A DNA stretch of 62,335 bases, the filler included. It is 5 parts of 5 records of this genome, joined end to end, with 100 filler letters (N's around TTAATTAATTAA, not from the genome) between each part and the next. Parts side by side here need not be neighbours in the genome. Positions count along the whole stretch, not along the records: positions 32,388 to 51,159 come from SRR20825006_1447; positions 51,260 to 56,551 come from SRR20825006_1453; positions 56,652 to 62,335 come from SRR20825006_1474; 2 more parts are not named here. The stretch is one strand, 5' to 3'. The notes below the pieces were generated by a model. That model was not told the origin of the DNA and searched no databases. It worked only from the letters and a program-made list of their open reading frames with translations. The translations under genes and the position numbers were made by a program. This document shows, piece by piece, positions 49,623-60,126 of this stretch. How positions within the stretch are numbered: the stretch's first letter is position 1; every line of letters begins with the position of its first letter.

Positions 49623-50933
49623 ATGACCATATCAACCATCAAAGCAACTTTCACAGCCAGTGCGCTTGCGCTCACTGCCGCTATGCCAGCTTTTGCGCAA
49701 ACAACGTTGAGCGCGGAAGAAGAGGCTATCAAAGCCGCCGTCGAGGCTGACTATGACGCCCAGATCAACTTCCTAGAGAAAATCACCAACATCAACAGCG
49801 GCACACGCAACCTTGAAGGTGTGCGGGCTGTTGGCCGCGAGTTTGATACTGAGTTCAAGGCGCTCGGTTTTGATACCCGCTGGATTGATATGCCCGAAGG
49901 CATGGACCGTGCTGGTCATTTTGACGCGAGCTATAACGCGGGCGACGGCAAATCCGTGCTGCTGATCGGCCATCTGGACACCGTGTTCCCAAAAGACAGC
50001 CCGTTCCAGACCTTTGAGCGCGACGGTGACCGGGTCACCGGCCCCGGCGTGGTGGATATGAAAGCGGGCGACGTGATCGTGCTTTATGCGCTCAAGGCGC
50101 TCAAAGCCACCGGGCATCTGGACAGGGGCAGTTACCGCGTGATTTTCACCGGCGATGAAGAGTCGACCGGCAAACCGCTATCCGTCTCCCGCAAGGATCT
50201 GATTGAAGCGGGCAAGGCGTCAGACTTTGCGCTCAATTTTGAAGGCGGATCAGACGGCATGGCGGTGATCGGACGGCGCGGGTCGTCCAACTGGTCGCTC
50301 GAGACAACAGGCAAACGCGCGCATTCAAGCGGTGTGTTCAGCGATGATGTGGGCGCAGGCGCAGTGTTCGAGATGTCCCGCATCCTCAACCGGTTTTATG
50401 GTGAAGTGCGCGGTGAACATGGCCTTACCTTCAACCCCGGTGTACTGGCGGGCGGCACCTTCATCACGGAGGGCGAGAACGCATCCACTCAAACCGCCTT
50501 TGGCAAAACCAATGTGGTGGCGCAAAAAGCCGTGGTGCATGGCGGCCTAAGGTTCATGAGCGAAGAGCAAAAAGAGCGCGCACGCGCCAAGATGCGCGAG
50601 ATCGTGGCCGACCACCTGCCCGGCACAAGCGCCACCATCACGTTTGAGGACAGCTACCCCGCCATGCAGGAGGGACCCGAGAACACCCGCATGCTGGGCG
50701 TGATGAGCGATGTGAACGTGGCGCTGGGCATGGGACCCATCACCGCCTACCCGCCTTCGAGGCGCGGTGCGGCGGACGTGAGCTTTGTGGCACCCCACAC
50801 CCCTTCCATGGACGGGCTTGGTGCTTTTGGTGGCGCTGGCCACACGCCAGATGAATGGCTTGACCTTTCAAAACAGAAATTCGCCACCACCCGCGCCGCG
50901 ATCTTCCTATACCGCCTGATGCGGGAGGAGTGA
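49623..50933 (+). CDS. exported M20 metallopeptidase (carboxypeptidase G2-like)
   Basis: Signal peptide ending AFA; GHLDTVF, VDMKAG, GDEES, NFEG, GHTPDE. Confidence 0.92.
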   Translation: MTISTIKATFTASALALTAAMPAFAQTTLSAEEEAIKAAVEADYDAQINFLEKITNINSGTRNLEGVRAVGREFDTEFKALGFDTRWIDMPEGMDRAGHFDASYNAGDGKSVLLIGHLDTVFPKDSPFQTFERDGDRVTGPGVVDMKAGDVIVLYALKALKATGHLDRGSYRVIFTGDEESTGKPLSVSRKDLIEAGKASDFALNFEGGSDGMAVIGRRGSSNWSLETTGKRAHSSGVFSDDVGAGAVFEMSRILNRFYGEVRGEHGLTFNPGVLAGGTFITEGENASTQTAFGKTNVVAQKAVVHGGLRFMSEEQKERARAKMREIVADHLPGTSATITFEDSYPAMQEGPENTRMLGVMSDVNVALGMGPITAYPPSRRGAADVSFVAPHTPSMDGLGAFGGAGHTPDEWLDLSKQKFATTRAAIFLYRLMREE

Positions 50934-50964
50934 CCGTAGAAGCACCGCAGCTTACGGGCAAAAA

Positions 50965-50994
50965 ATAACAAGCCGGAACTCACCGGCTTGTTAT
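50965..50994. terminator. hairpin between convergent genes
   Basis: ATAACAAGCCGG-AACTCA-CCGGCTTGTTAT. Confidence 0.65.
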
Positions 50995-51050
50995 CATCAT
51001 CTCCCGGCGCCAGAGCTTTCGCCAGCGTTCACCAGCGTTCACCAGCGCGC

Positions 51051-51159
51051 TTACCGGCCGCCTTCATCTTCCTCAGCGCCCGAGCCTTCCGTGCGTTGCT
51101 TGGGTTCCTGAATTTCTTCAATACCCACCGTGCCGGTGCGGCTTCCGCGCTGTTTGTTC
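51051..51159 (-). CDS. probable C-terminal end of an unidentified gene cut by the gap
   Basis: Open frame ...NKQRGSRTGTVGIEEIQEPKQRTEGSGAEEDEGGR* converging on the hairpin. Confidence 0.4.
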
Positions 51160-51259
51160 NNNNNNNNNNNNNNNNNNNNNNNNNNNNNNNNNNNNNNNNN
51201 NNNTTAATTAATTAANNNNNNNNNNNNNNNNNNNNNNNNNNNNNNNNNNNNNNNNNNNN
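51160..51259. other. artificial contig spacer
   Basis: N44-TTAATTAATTAA-N44. Confidence 0.99.
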
Positions 51260-52181
51260 CATGTTCCAGATGATGAACGAAGCCCGTGTAGGTGTAGGGT
51301 TTGGTGCGGGTTTGCTGGGCTATCGGGGTTACCGTTTTTCACTGGATTATGCCCGTGACCGGGTTCAGGGCCGCCACCCGGACGATGCCGATTTTTCCAA
51401 GCCTCAGGTGCCGATTATTGAGCATGCTGATGTGAAACGGCTGCTGCTCACCCAGAAAGCCTATGCAGAAGCGGCGATTGCCATGAGCCTGTATGGCTAC
51501 CGTCTGGTTGATGATATCGAGACTGGGGATGAGGTGGCATCAGAAGAGGCTGCGCTGTTACTCGATCTTCTGACCCCGGTACTGAAAACCTGGCCTTCAG
51601 AATTTGGTTTGAAGGCCAATGATATGGCCATTCAGGTCTTCGGTGGGGCGGGGTATACCCGTGAATATCCGGTGGAACAGGTGTGGCGTGATAACCGCCT
51701 TAACCCCATCCATGAAGGTACGACGGGGGTGCATGGGCTGGATTTGCTGGGCCGTAAAGTGTGGATGGACAACGGCAAGGGCATGATGTTGCTGGCCAGT
51801 CGTATCGTGGCCGATGTGCAGGCCACCACGGATGAGCGCTGCAAGCCCATGGCCGAGGCGTTACAGGCCATGCTGCCGAACATTGAAAAGGCCACCCAGG
51901 CGGTGGGCAAGCAAATGGCCAGTGCGGGTCCGCGTGCGGCATTATCCAATGCCAACGCCTACTTGCAGTTGCTGGGGCATACGGTGGCCGCGTGGATGTG
52001 GTTACGCCAGGCCAATGCGGCGGTGGCGCTGAGCAATCCTGACGATGCGATTTTTGCCAAAGGAAAATTGCAGGCTGCACGTTATTTCTTCCGCTGGGAG
52101 TTGCCCCGGGTGGAATGGGACGCGCAACAGCTGATTAATGGCGACGATACCTTTATTGAGATGGATCCAGGCTGGTTCTGA
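51260..52181 (+). CDS. acyl-CoA dehydrogenase, 5'-truncated
   Basis: MFQMMNEARVGVG, IQVFGGAGYTRE, RDNRLNPIHEGTTGVHGLDLLGRK. Confidence 0.93.
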
Positions 52182-52289
52182 TTATGTGCTGATCACGGCT
52201 TTGCCGTGGTCACTTGGCCAACCGAGTGTGCCTATCGTCATCAGGCTCGGGACCTGCCTTTGGCAGGAGATGCTATGACGGTATTTTTG

Positions 52290-52315
52290 AGCCCCCGCCA
52301 GGGGGCTTTTTTTTT
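52290..52315 (+). terminator. intrinsic terminator
   Basis: AGCCCCC-GCCA-GGGGGCTTTTTTTT. Confidence 0.8.
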
Positions 52316-52509
52316 GCCGTTCTGTAGCTGCGATACCATTCACGCAACATGCCGCCTGCCTCAGGCTTATCCCGCGTTTCTCGGCCCTTGCCCTTCGCTG
52401 TCTGCGCTTGAGAGGCTTCTCCTTGTTGGTGCAATAAAACAGTCATATAGTCGTCATGATCTTGCGAACGACACTGATTTTGCGAACACACATTGAACGG
52501 GGAATAAAC

Positions 52510-53559
52510 GTGAAAAAGACTTTGCTTGCGGCCTCTGTTGCCACGGCCATGCTGCCTGTGGGGGCCATGGCGGCGCCGACCTTTTACGGCAAACTGAATT
52601 TGAGCGTGGATAAAACCAGTGATTATCCCGATACCGCGTTGGTGTTTAGCCAGGATGACCTGTCCGATGCCTGGTTTGTGTCCAGCAACAACTCCCGGTT
52701 GGGAGTGAAAGGTGAAGAGCCGTTGTATAACGACAGCCTGTCGGTGATCTATCAGATGGAAGTGGGCTACGACGCGGACGGTGATAGCAGTGCGACCTTT
52801 TCCACACGGAACAGTTTTCTTGGTCTGGGCACCCAGGTGGGCAAGATTTTTGCCGGCCGCTATGACAGCGTGGTGAAACTGGCCGAAGGAAAAATTGACC
52901 AGTTCAATGATACCGTGGCGGATATGGATACCGTGTTCCTCGGTCAGCGCCGCAATAGCAACAGCCTGAACTGGGAAAGCATGGATCTGGGCGGCATTGT
53001 GGTGCGGGCGCAGGTGGCACCGGGGGAAGACGAGACGGTGGGCAGTGCCCCCAACACGAAAACCAAGGACGGCCTTACCGATACCTGGGGCTTGTCTGCC
53101 ACCTACAAGCAAGATGTGCTTTATGCGGCTCTGGCGTATGAAAGCAGTTACACCGAAGTGGCCGTTGGTCCGGCCACAGTGGGCGGTGATCTGGACACTC
53201 TGCGCGGCTCTTTTGGCCTGAATGTGAGCAACAGCGTTGCGGTAGGCGCCATCGTGGAGCGCAGTAAACTGGACCCCTATGGTGGTTCGGACGGCGACTT
53301 GATGTCGTACCTGCTGAGCGGCAAGTTTGGTGTCTCTGAACGTGTGGCCCTGAAGGCGCAGGCGGGCATGCTCGATAGCAGCGATCTGGATCTGGATGTG
53401 GCCACGCTGACGCTGGGTGCTGACTACAAGCTGGGTGATTTCACTACCGCATACGGGCTGGTGTCCGCCTCAGACACGGATTTTGATCCGGCGGGAACCA
53501 CCGAGGATGTGAACGAATCCGGCATGGCGTTTTCCGTGGGGATGATCCACAAATTCTGA
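52510..53559 (+). CDS. Gram-negative porin
   Basis: GTG start, signal peptide, SRLGVKGEE, RNSFLGL, C-terminal HKF. Confidence 0.9.
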   Translation: MKKTLLAASVATAMLPVGAMAAPTFYGKLNLSVDKTSDYPDTALVFSQDDLSDAWFVSSNNSRLGVKGEEPLYNDSLSVIYQMEVGYDADGDSSATFSTRNSFLGLGTQVGKIFAGRYDSVVKLAEGKIDQFNDTVADMDTVFLGQRRNSNSLNWESMDLGGIVVRAQVAPGEDETVGSAPNTKTKDGLTDTWGLSATYKQDVLYAALAYESSYTEVAVGPATVGGDLDTLRGSFGLNVSNSVAVGAIVERSKLDPYGGSDGDLMSYLLSGKFGVSERVALKAQAGMLDSSDLDLDVATLTLGADYKLGDFTTAYGLVSASDTDFDPAGTTEDVNESGMAFSVGMIHKF

Positions 53560-53592
53560 TTCGGCGCCTGTCCCACTGGGAGCTGAAAACCA

Positions 53593-53630
53593 CAAAAAAG
53601 CCCGGCTACGGTAAGTGCCGGGCTTTTTTG
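53593..53630. terminator. bidirectional terminator
   Basis: CAAAAAAGCCCGGC...GCCGGGCTTTTTTG. Confidence 0.85.
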
Positions 53631-53685
53631 GTGAGGGCCGAATAACGCTTTTGGCATCGTCAGCCATTACTGCACAAGGTCGAAC

Positions 53686-54900
53686 TCAGCCTTCCCATTT
53701 ACGCAGCACCAGGCTGGCGTTGGTCCCGCCGAAACCGAAGCTGTTGCTCAGCACGGTGGTCGGGCCGCTGTCTTTGCCCTTCACCAGTACAGGCATGCCT
53801 TCGGCTTTTTCATCCAGTGTTTCGATATTGGCACTGATGGCAGTGAAGTCATTCTGCATCATCAACATGCAGTAAATCGCTTCCTGTACCCCGGCCGCGC
53901 CCAGGCTATGGCCGGACAGGCTTTTGGTAGAGCCAATCGACGGGCACTGATCGCCAAACACTTCGCGGATGGCTTTCAGTTCTGCCACGTCCCCCACCGG
54001 CGTACTGGTGCCGTGGGCGTTAATGTAATCCACCGAGCCTTCTACTGTCGCCAGTGCCTGGCGCATGCAGCGCGCTGCGCCTTCACCATTGGGAGCCACC
54101 ATGTCGTGGCCGTCGCTGGTGGCGCCGTAACCGAGCACTTCGGCGTAGATGGTCGCGCCACGGGCCTTGGCGTGTTCCAGTTCTTCCACCACCACCATGC
54201 CGCCGCCGCCGGCAATCACGAAACCGTCGCGGGTTGCGTCGTAGGCGCGTGAGGCTTTTTCCGGTGTGTTGTTATACTTGCTGGACAGGGCGCCCATGCC
54301 ATCGAACAGGCAGCTGAGCGTCCAGTGCTCTTCTTCGCCGCCACCGGCAAAGACCACATCCTGTTTGCCCAGTTGAATCTGTTCCACGGCGTTACCGATA
54401 CAGTGAGCGCTGGTGGCGCAGGCGGAGGCGATGGAGTAGTTCACCCCTTTGATCTTGAACGGCGTCGCCAGGCATGCCGATACGGTGGACGCCATGACCC
54501 GGGGCACCATGTAGGGGCCAACTCGTTTCACGCCCCGGTTGCGGGCAATGTCGGCGGCTTCCACCTGGTTAAGGGAAGAGTGGCCACCGGAGCCGGCAAT
54601 CAAACCGGTGCGTTCATTGCTGACCTGTTCGTCGTTGAGACCGGATTGGGCAATGGCATTTTGCATGGCCACGTAGGCGTAGGCAGCCGCGTCGCCCATA
54701 AAGCGGCGTGGCTTGCGGTCAATGAAATCGTCCAGCTGGATAGTGGGTGTGCCTGCTACCTGGCTGCGCATGCCGATTTCCTGGTATTCCTCTTTAAAGC
54801 GAATACCGGAGCGGCCTTCCCGCAATGAACGGGTGACGCTGTCTGTGTCGTTGCCCAGACAGGAGACAATGCCCATCCCGGTGATTACTACGCGGCGCAT
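53686..54900 (-). CDS. fabB: beta-ketoacyl-ACP synthase I
   Basis: [42 protein letters not shown]. Confidence 0.96.
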   Translation of the reverse strand: MRRVVITGMGIVSCLGNDTDSVTRSLREGRSGIRFKEEYQEIGMRSQVAGTPTIQLDDFIDRKPRRFMGDAAAYAYVAMQNAIAQSGLNDEQVSNERTGLIAGSGGHSSLNQVEAADIARNRGVKRVGPYMVPRVMASTVSACLATPFKIKGVNYSIASACATSAHCIGNAVEQIQLGKQDVVFAGGGEEEHWTLSCLFDGMGALSSKYNNTPEKASRAYDATRDGFVIAGGGGMVVVEELEHAKARGATIYAEVLGYGATSDGHDMVAPNGEGAARCMRQALATVEGSVDYINAHGTSTPVGDVAELKAIREVFGDQCPSIGSTKSLSGHSLGAAGVQEAIYCMLMMQNDFTAISANIETLDEKAEGMPVLVKGKDSGPTTVLSNSFGFGGTNASLVLRKWEG

Positions 54901-54909
54901 GAGTCGCTC

Positions 54910-55437
54910 CTAAAAACCGTCGGTAGAAGTGAACAGGCCAACTTTCAGATCGTCGGCCTGGTAGATGTCTTTCCCGTCCACGGACACGGTGGCGTCGGCC
55001 AGACCGAGCACCAGTTTGCGGGAAATGACCCGTTTCAGGTCGATTCGGTAAGTCAGTTTCTTGGCAGTGGGCAGCACCTGGCCGGAAAACTTCACATTGC
55101 CCACGCCCAGAGCGCGCCCACGGCCCGGGTTGCCCACCCAGCCCAGGAAAAAGCCCAGCAATTGCCAGGTGGCATCCAGGCCCAGGCAGCCCGGCATCAC
55201 CGGGTCACTTTCGAAGTGGCAATCAAAGAACCAGAGGTCCGGCCGGATATCCAGCTCGGCAACGATTTCACCTTTGCCATATTTGCCGCCCTGTTCGCTG
55301 ATATGGGTGATGCGGTCCATCATCAGCATGTTGGGTAAAGGCAGTCGCGCATTGCCGGGGCCAAACAGCTCACCGTGCGCACAGGCGAGAAGGTCCTCGC
55401 GAGAATAGGAAGATTTCTGTGTTGTCGTAGTGCTCAA
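54910..55437 (-). CDS. fabA: 3-hydroxyacyl-ACP dehydratase/isomerase
   Basis: [31 protein letters not shown]. Confidence 0.97.
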   Translation of the reverse strand: MSTTTTQKSSYSREDLLACAHGELFGPGNARLPLPNMLMMDRITHISEQGGKYGKGEIVAELDIRPDLWFFDCHFESDPVMPGCLGLDATWQLLGFFLGWVGNPGRGRALGVGNVKFSGQVLPTAKKLTYRIDLKRVISRKLVLGLADATVSVDGKDIYQADDLKVGLFTSTDGF

Positions 55438-55819
55438 AGTCTTACTCCATGCAGGCCAGGGCGGCGCATTTTGAGTATATGGATTATTTGTGACGTTTTA
55501 TCTTCAGCGCGGTGACACCCTGTCATGTAAGCGCTGATAGTAGCAAAGCGAAGTGAGAGCATACGAATAGCAACCGTCTCAAAATATGTCTTGGCGCCGT
55601 TTTACCGAAAATGACCGATGAACGGAGTCAAATGACCGCGGTCTATCTTCTTGTACCACTCAGGGGGTCTTTTCATTGCGGCACCGCCACGGACTTGCAA
55701 TTGCCGGACCATCTACCGATGCTATGCGCGCCGGATCGCGCCAAATAGCCGCGTCCGGCCGCCCCTTGACCAGTCAAAATCGCAAGTCGTGTATCTAGTC
55801 GTATAAGTAAGGAGCTCTC

Positions 55820-56551
55820 GTGGCGGTAGAAATCGGGCATCTTTCCCTGTGGTTGGCACTGGCTGCTGCCCTGTGTCTATCAGTTTTTCCCCTGATTGGC
55901 GTTTATCGCAACCTGCCTGCCTGGCAGTGGTATGCCCGCCCGCTGGCCTGGATACAGTGGTTGGCCATGACCGTTGCCATGGTCGCGCTGGGCTATTCCT
56001 TCTATATCAATGATTTTTCCGTGGCCTATGTGGCCGGGCACAGTAACTCTGCGTTGCCGCTGGAGTACCGGTTGTCTGCTATCTGGGGCGGCCACGAAGG
56101 GTCCCTGCTGTTGTGGGGCTGGATGCTGTCCGGCTGGGCGGCCATGGTTGGGTTGCTGAGCCGCAGCGTGCCATTGCCGATGGTGGCGCGGGTGCTGGCT
56201 GTCATGGGCATGATTTCCGTGGGCTTCATGTTGTTCATGCTGCTCACCTCCAATCCCTTTGACCGTAACCTGCCCTGGTTCCCGCTGGATGGCGCCGACC
56301 TGAACCCGTTGCTGCAAGACCCCGGGCTGATTATTCACCCGCCCATGCTTTATATGGGCTATGTCGGTTTCTCCGTGGCGTTCGCGTTTGCGGTGGCTGG
56401 GTTGTTGATGGGCAACCTGGATCCGGCCTGGGCCCGCTGGGCGCGGCCGTGGACCACGGTGGCGTGGAGCTTTCTGACCGTGGGGATCGCCCTGGGCTCC
56501 TGGTGGGCCTACTACGAACTCGGCTGGGGTGGCTGGTGGTTCTGGGATCCG
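55820..56551 (+). CDS. ccmF: cytochrome c heme lyase CcmF, 3'-truncated
   Basis: [42 protein letters not shown]. Confidence 0.95.
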
Positions 56552-56651
56552 NNNNNNNNNNNNNNNNNNNNNNNNNNNNNNNNNNNNNNNNNNNNTTAAT
56601 TAATTAANNNNNNNNNNNNNNNNNNNNNNNNNNNNNNNNNNNNNNNNNNNN
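56552..56651. other. artificial contig spacer
   Basis: N44-TTAATTAATTAA-N44. Confidence 0.99.
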
Positions 56652-57069
56652 GGGCAAGGTCAACCCGACCCAGGCCGAAGCCCTGACCATGGTTTGTGCG
56701 CAGGTGATCGGCAACCATGTTGCGGTCACGGTTGGCGGGTCAAACGGTCATCTGGATCTGAACGTGTTCAAACCGGTGATCATTTATAACCTGCTGCAAT
56801 CGATCCGCCTGATCGCCGATGCCTCGGTCAGCTTTGCCGATAACTGCATCGTCGGCCTTGAAGCCGATCAGGAAAAAATCGATCACTATGTCGAACAAAG
56901 CCTGATGCTGGTGACCGCCCTGGCACCCCATATCGGTTACGACAATGCCGCCGCCGTCGCCAAAAAGGCGCACAAGGATCGGAGCAGCCTTAAGGAAGCA
57001 ACCATTGCGCTCGGCTTCCTTGACGGGGCGAAGTTCGATGAACTGGTCCGCGCACGCGATATGATCTGA
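56652..57069 (+). CDS. fumC: class II fumarate hydratase, 5'-truncated
   Basis: [37 protein letters not shown]. Confidence 0.93.
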
Positions 57070-57118
57070 TGTGATGGGATGATGCGGGCCGGTTTTGACC
57101 GGCCCGTTCTTTATCTGC

Positions 57119-57580
57119 CTATCGGGATGCGAATGCACCGTTCAGCATCGCGGGCACAATCGCCTTATGAAACGGCATGATGGTGCCAAGATACATCCGA
57201 CCCAGCATATTGTGCCGCCGGATCAGGGTGCTGGACCGGATCACCGTCTGCCCGCACTGGAATTTTTCGACCTCTACCGTCAGGCGAAAATCAAGATGCC
57301 GGTCATCCATGCCCAGCACGATGAAATCGTCCCCGCGCTCGATCACCGGGAAAAGGCCGATGACATCGGCGTCCGGTTCGGGCGCGGTTTTAAGGCCCAG
57401 TGGCCGGACCATCGCGTTACGCAGCGCCAGCAGATACCCCATCCAGACCGGCCTGCCATCCATGATTTTTTGCGCGGCGCGTTCGGGCGTGATGTCGGGA
57501 TCGTCAATCGTGATCGCAAAACTGTCCGCCCAATCGGCGTCGATCATCGCAGGATGGGGCAGGGATATCGGAACAGCCAT
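57119..57580 (-). CDS. DUF2867 domain protein
   Basis: ADWADSF, LLALRNAMVRPLGL, GMDDRHLDFR, GRMYL..IMPFHKAIV; start uncertain. Confidence 0.82.
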   Translation of the reverse strand: MAVPISLPHPAMIDADWADSFAITIDDPDITPERAAQKIMDGRPVWMGYLLALRNAMVRPLGLKTAPEPDADVIGLFPVIERGDDFIVLGMDDRHLDFRLTVEVEKFQCGQTVIRSSTLIRRHNMLGRMYLGTIMPFHKAIVPAMLNGAFASR

Positions 57581-57733
57581 CGCGTAGGGCAAAAACGTAT
57601 CCTTTCGATCAGCCTGGATCAGCTTTTTCGGCGGTGATCGTGCCCCAATTGTTACCCTGCGGCAATGATATATCTCATTGTCGCGGGGGGTAAATTCAGG
57701 CATACCCAATCCATGCGTATTCGTACCAAACCG

Positions 57734-58186
57734 ATGCTGTCACATATGAATATCCGGGCTGCGGGCAAACTCCTGCGGGTCTGGATGCTGGCATTCGTCA
57801 TCCTGATGACCGGGGTGACGCAATCGGGTTTCGTAAGCGCGATGTTTGGCGGTGCCAATGGCAATGGGGTAACCGCCATTACCGGGGCAAATGCCGCCCC
57901 GGGTGGGGATGTGATTTTCATCTGCACGGCGGATGGTGTGCGCGCGGTATCGTTTGGCGATGCCGGACCCAATGCCACATCGCAAAATTCCGGCGGGCAT
58001 TCTGCCGGTCATGGTTTCTGTTCGCTTTGTGCGTCCCATCATGGGGCGATGGCAAATCTGGATGTGCCGTTTGGCGCACCGGTTTCGATCATCCATGATG
58101 CCGAATATGTGCAAGCCCGCCTGCTTGCCGCCACGATCACATTGCCGCGTACGCGCTATTCCCGCGCACCACCGCTTTCCATCTGA
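57734..58186 (+). CDS. DUF2946-type leader protein (CruR/CutF-like) with CxxC and RAPP motif
   Basis: Hydrophobic N-terminus, ICTADG, FCSLC, C-terminal SRAPPLSI; start uncertain (57713/57734/57746). Confidence 0.8.
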   Translation: MLSHMNIRAAGKLLRVWMLAFVILMTGVTQSGFVSAMFGGANGNGVTAITGANAAPGGDVIFICTADGVRAVSFGDAGPNATSQNSGGHSAGHGFCSLCASHHGAMANLDVPFGAPVSIIHDAEYVQARLLAATITLPRTRYSRAPPLSI

Positions 58187-58262
58187 TTTCCCGATACACC
58201 CGAAATCAAATCACCGGTGTGATGCAACCAATCCACACCGGATCAGGATGGAAACAAAGATC

Positions 58263-58769
58263 ATGAAAAAACTGTTTGCTGTTGTCGCGACCCTTGCCGG
58301 TCTGTTTGCTGCCACTCAATCGTTCGCGGCTGATATCGAAGTCAGGGATGCCTGGGCCAAGGCATCGCTTGGCAAGGTGCCAAACGGTGCAGCCTTCCTG
58401 ACGGTGGAAAATACCGGCATGGCGGATCGCATTGTCGGGGTGAAATCCGATCTGGCCGATAAAACCGAACTGCACACGCATATCATGGAAAACAACGTCA
58501 TGAAGATGCGCCCGGTCGAAGGCGGGATCGATGTGCCGATGCATGGCGAAGTCCTGTTCAAACCGGGCAGCTATCACGTCATGCTGATCGGCCTGCACAA
58601 GCCGCTGGTCGAAGGCGAAAAAATCGACGTGACCCTGACCTTTGAAAAGGCGGGCGACATACCGGTGACCATTGATGTGATGGATACCATGTCCAAAGGC
58701 CCGCATGGTGATGCCGGGATGGATCACGGCAACATGAAAATGGGCGATCAGGAACACAAGGGCCACTAG
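58263..58769 (+). CDS. periplasmic copper chaperone PCu(A)C
   Basis: Signal peptide; DAWAKA...GAAFL, ELHTH......MKM, PGSYHVMLIGL; His/Met-rich tail. Confidence 0.92.
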   Translation: MKKLFAVVATLAGLFAATQSFAADIEVRDAWAKASLGKVPNGAAFLTVENTGMADRIVGVKSDLADKTELHTHIMENNVMKMRPVEGGIDVPMHGEVLFKPGSYHVMLIGLHKPLVEGEKIDVTLTFEKAGDIPVTIDVMDTMSKGPHGDAGMDHGNMKMGDQEHKGH

Positions 58770-58814
58770 GCCGCGATTTCACTGATCGATCAATCCACCG
58801 ATACAGAAAATACC

Positions 58815-58845
58815 AGGGGGACGGTTTGCACCGTTCCCCTTTTTT
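58815..58845 (+). terminator. intrinsic terminator
   Basis: AGGGGGACGG-TTTGCA-CCGTTCCCCTTTTTT. Confidence 0.75.
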
Positions 58846-58890
58846 GTCATGATGGTCGGCCATCATCCACCCCATGCAGGGAAGTGCGCC

Positions 58891-59394
58891 ATGTCCCGCG
58901 ATATCACCATCGACCAATTGATCGAAAAACTCGGCCTGCAACCTCATCCCGAAGGCGGCTTTTACGCCGAAACATTCCGCGCGCTGGAAACCTGCAATCC
59001 GGGCAACCGGTATCTTGGCGTGCGATCAACGGGGACCGCGATCTATTACCTGCTGACCCCCGATACCTTCTCAGGCATGCATATCCTGACCAGTGACGAG
59101 ATTTTCCATCATTACCTTGGCGATCCGGTCGAACAGCTGCAACTTTATGCCGATGGCAGTCATCGGCTGGTTGAAATCGGCAATGACCTGCTGGCGGGGC
59201 AGAAACCGCAAATGATCGTGCCGAAAAATGTCTGGCAGGGGGCGCGCCTGAAACAAGGTGGCAAATTTGCCCTTCTGGGCTGTACGGTGGCACCCGGTTT
59301 TGACTTCGCCGATTTCGCCATGGGCAAGCGGGCCGACCTGTCGTCGAAATGGCCGGCGGCGGCAACGATGATTGCCGCCTTGACGCGCGACTGA
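58891..59394 (+). CDS. cupin_5 (DUF985) protein
   Basis: LGLQPHPEGGFY, TAIYYLL, SDEIFHHY.G, CTVAPGFDFADF. Confidence 0.9.
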   Translation: MSRDITIDQLIEKLGLQPHPEGGFYAETFRALETCNPGNRYLGVRSTGTAIYYLLTPDTFSGMHILTSDEIFHHYLGDPVEQLQLYADGSHRLVEIGNDLLAGQKPQMIVPKNVWQGARLKQGGKFALLGCTVAPGFDFADFAMGKRADLSSKWPAAATMIAALTRD

Positions 59395-59443
59395 ATTTCG
59401 GGCGCAATCAGCCGGTCACCCATTTTTCACAGGACTTCCCGAA

Positions 59444-60091
59444 ATGCAGCTCGATACATGGTTGCTGTTTTCCGGCGCGGCCTTGGCGCTTTCGATGGCC
59501 CCCGGACCGAATAATCTTCTCGCGATGTTCAATGGCGCGCGTCATGGCGTTGCGTCAGCCGCCATTGGCGGGGCTGGACGTCTGCTGGCTTTTGCCCTGA
59601 TGATCGTTGTGACGGCCATGGGGCTTGGCGTGGTGCTTGCGGCCAGCGAAACCGCCTTCATGATCATCAAGTGGGGTGGGGCGATCTATCTGGTTTATCT
59701 GGGCCTCAAAAGCTGGCGAACCAAAGTTGCCGAGCCGGAGATTCCCGGTGATAGCGTCGGTTTCGTCGCTCATCCCGGTGCGATGTCACTGGCCCGGACG
59801 GAATTCCTGACCGCAATCGGCAATCCCAAGGCGATCTTGATCTTTACCGCCTTCTTCCCGCAATTCCTTGATCAGGCCGGTTCATATGGCCCGCAATTCG
59901 CGATCATGGGGGTGACCTTCATCGCGATGGAGGCCTGTGTCCTTCTCGGATACGGGCTTGTCGGCGGGCAGGTAAAGGGGCTGATCCGTTCCGCCCGCCA
60001 CATGCGCTGGCTCAACCGCATCAGCGGCAGCCTCCTGATCGCCGCAGGGGTGCTGCTGGCCCTGACGGACCGCACGCGTAGTAGCGCCTGA
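59444..60091 (+). CDS. LysE/RhtB family exporter
   Basis: PGPNNL, GAIYLVYLG, NPKAILIF.AFFPQF. Confidence 0.92.
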   Translation: MQLDTWLLFSGAALALSMAPGPNNLLAMFNGARHGVASAAIGGAGRLLAFALMIVVTAMGLGVVLAASETAFMIIKWGGAIYLVYLGLKSWRTKVAEPEIPGDSVGFVAHPGAMSLARTEFLTAIGNPKAILIFTAFFPQFLDQAGSYGPQFAIMGVTFIAMEACVLLGYGLVGGQVKGLIRSARHMRWLNRISGSLLIAAGVLLALTDRTRSSA

Positions 60092-60126
60092 TCCGCGACG
60101 GTTTGCGGATGTGATGGTCCTAGCCA

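Noticed and set aside
51022-51049. CCAGCGTTCA tandem repeat (about 2.5 copies)
   Set aside because: Too short, no spacers; not CRISPR and no function evident
55513-55525. TGACA-CCC-TGTCA palindrome upstream of fabA
   Set aside because: Does not match the FabR/DesT-type sites I recall and is short enough to be chance
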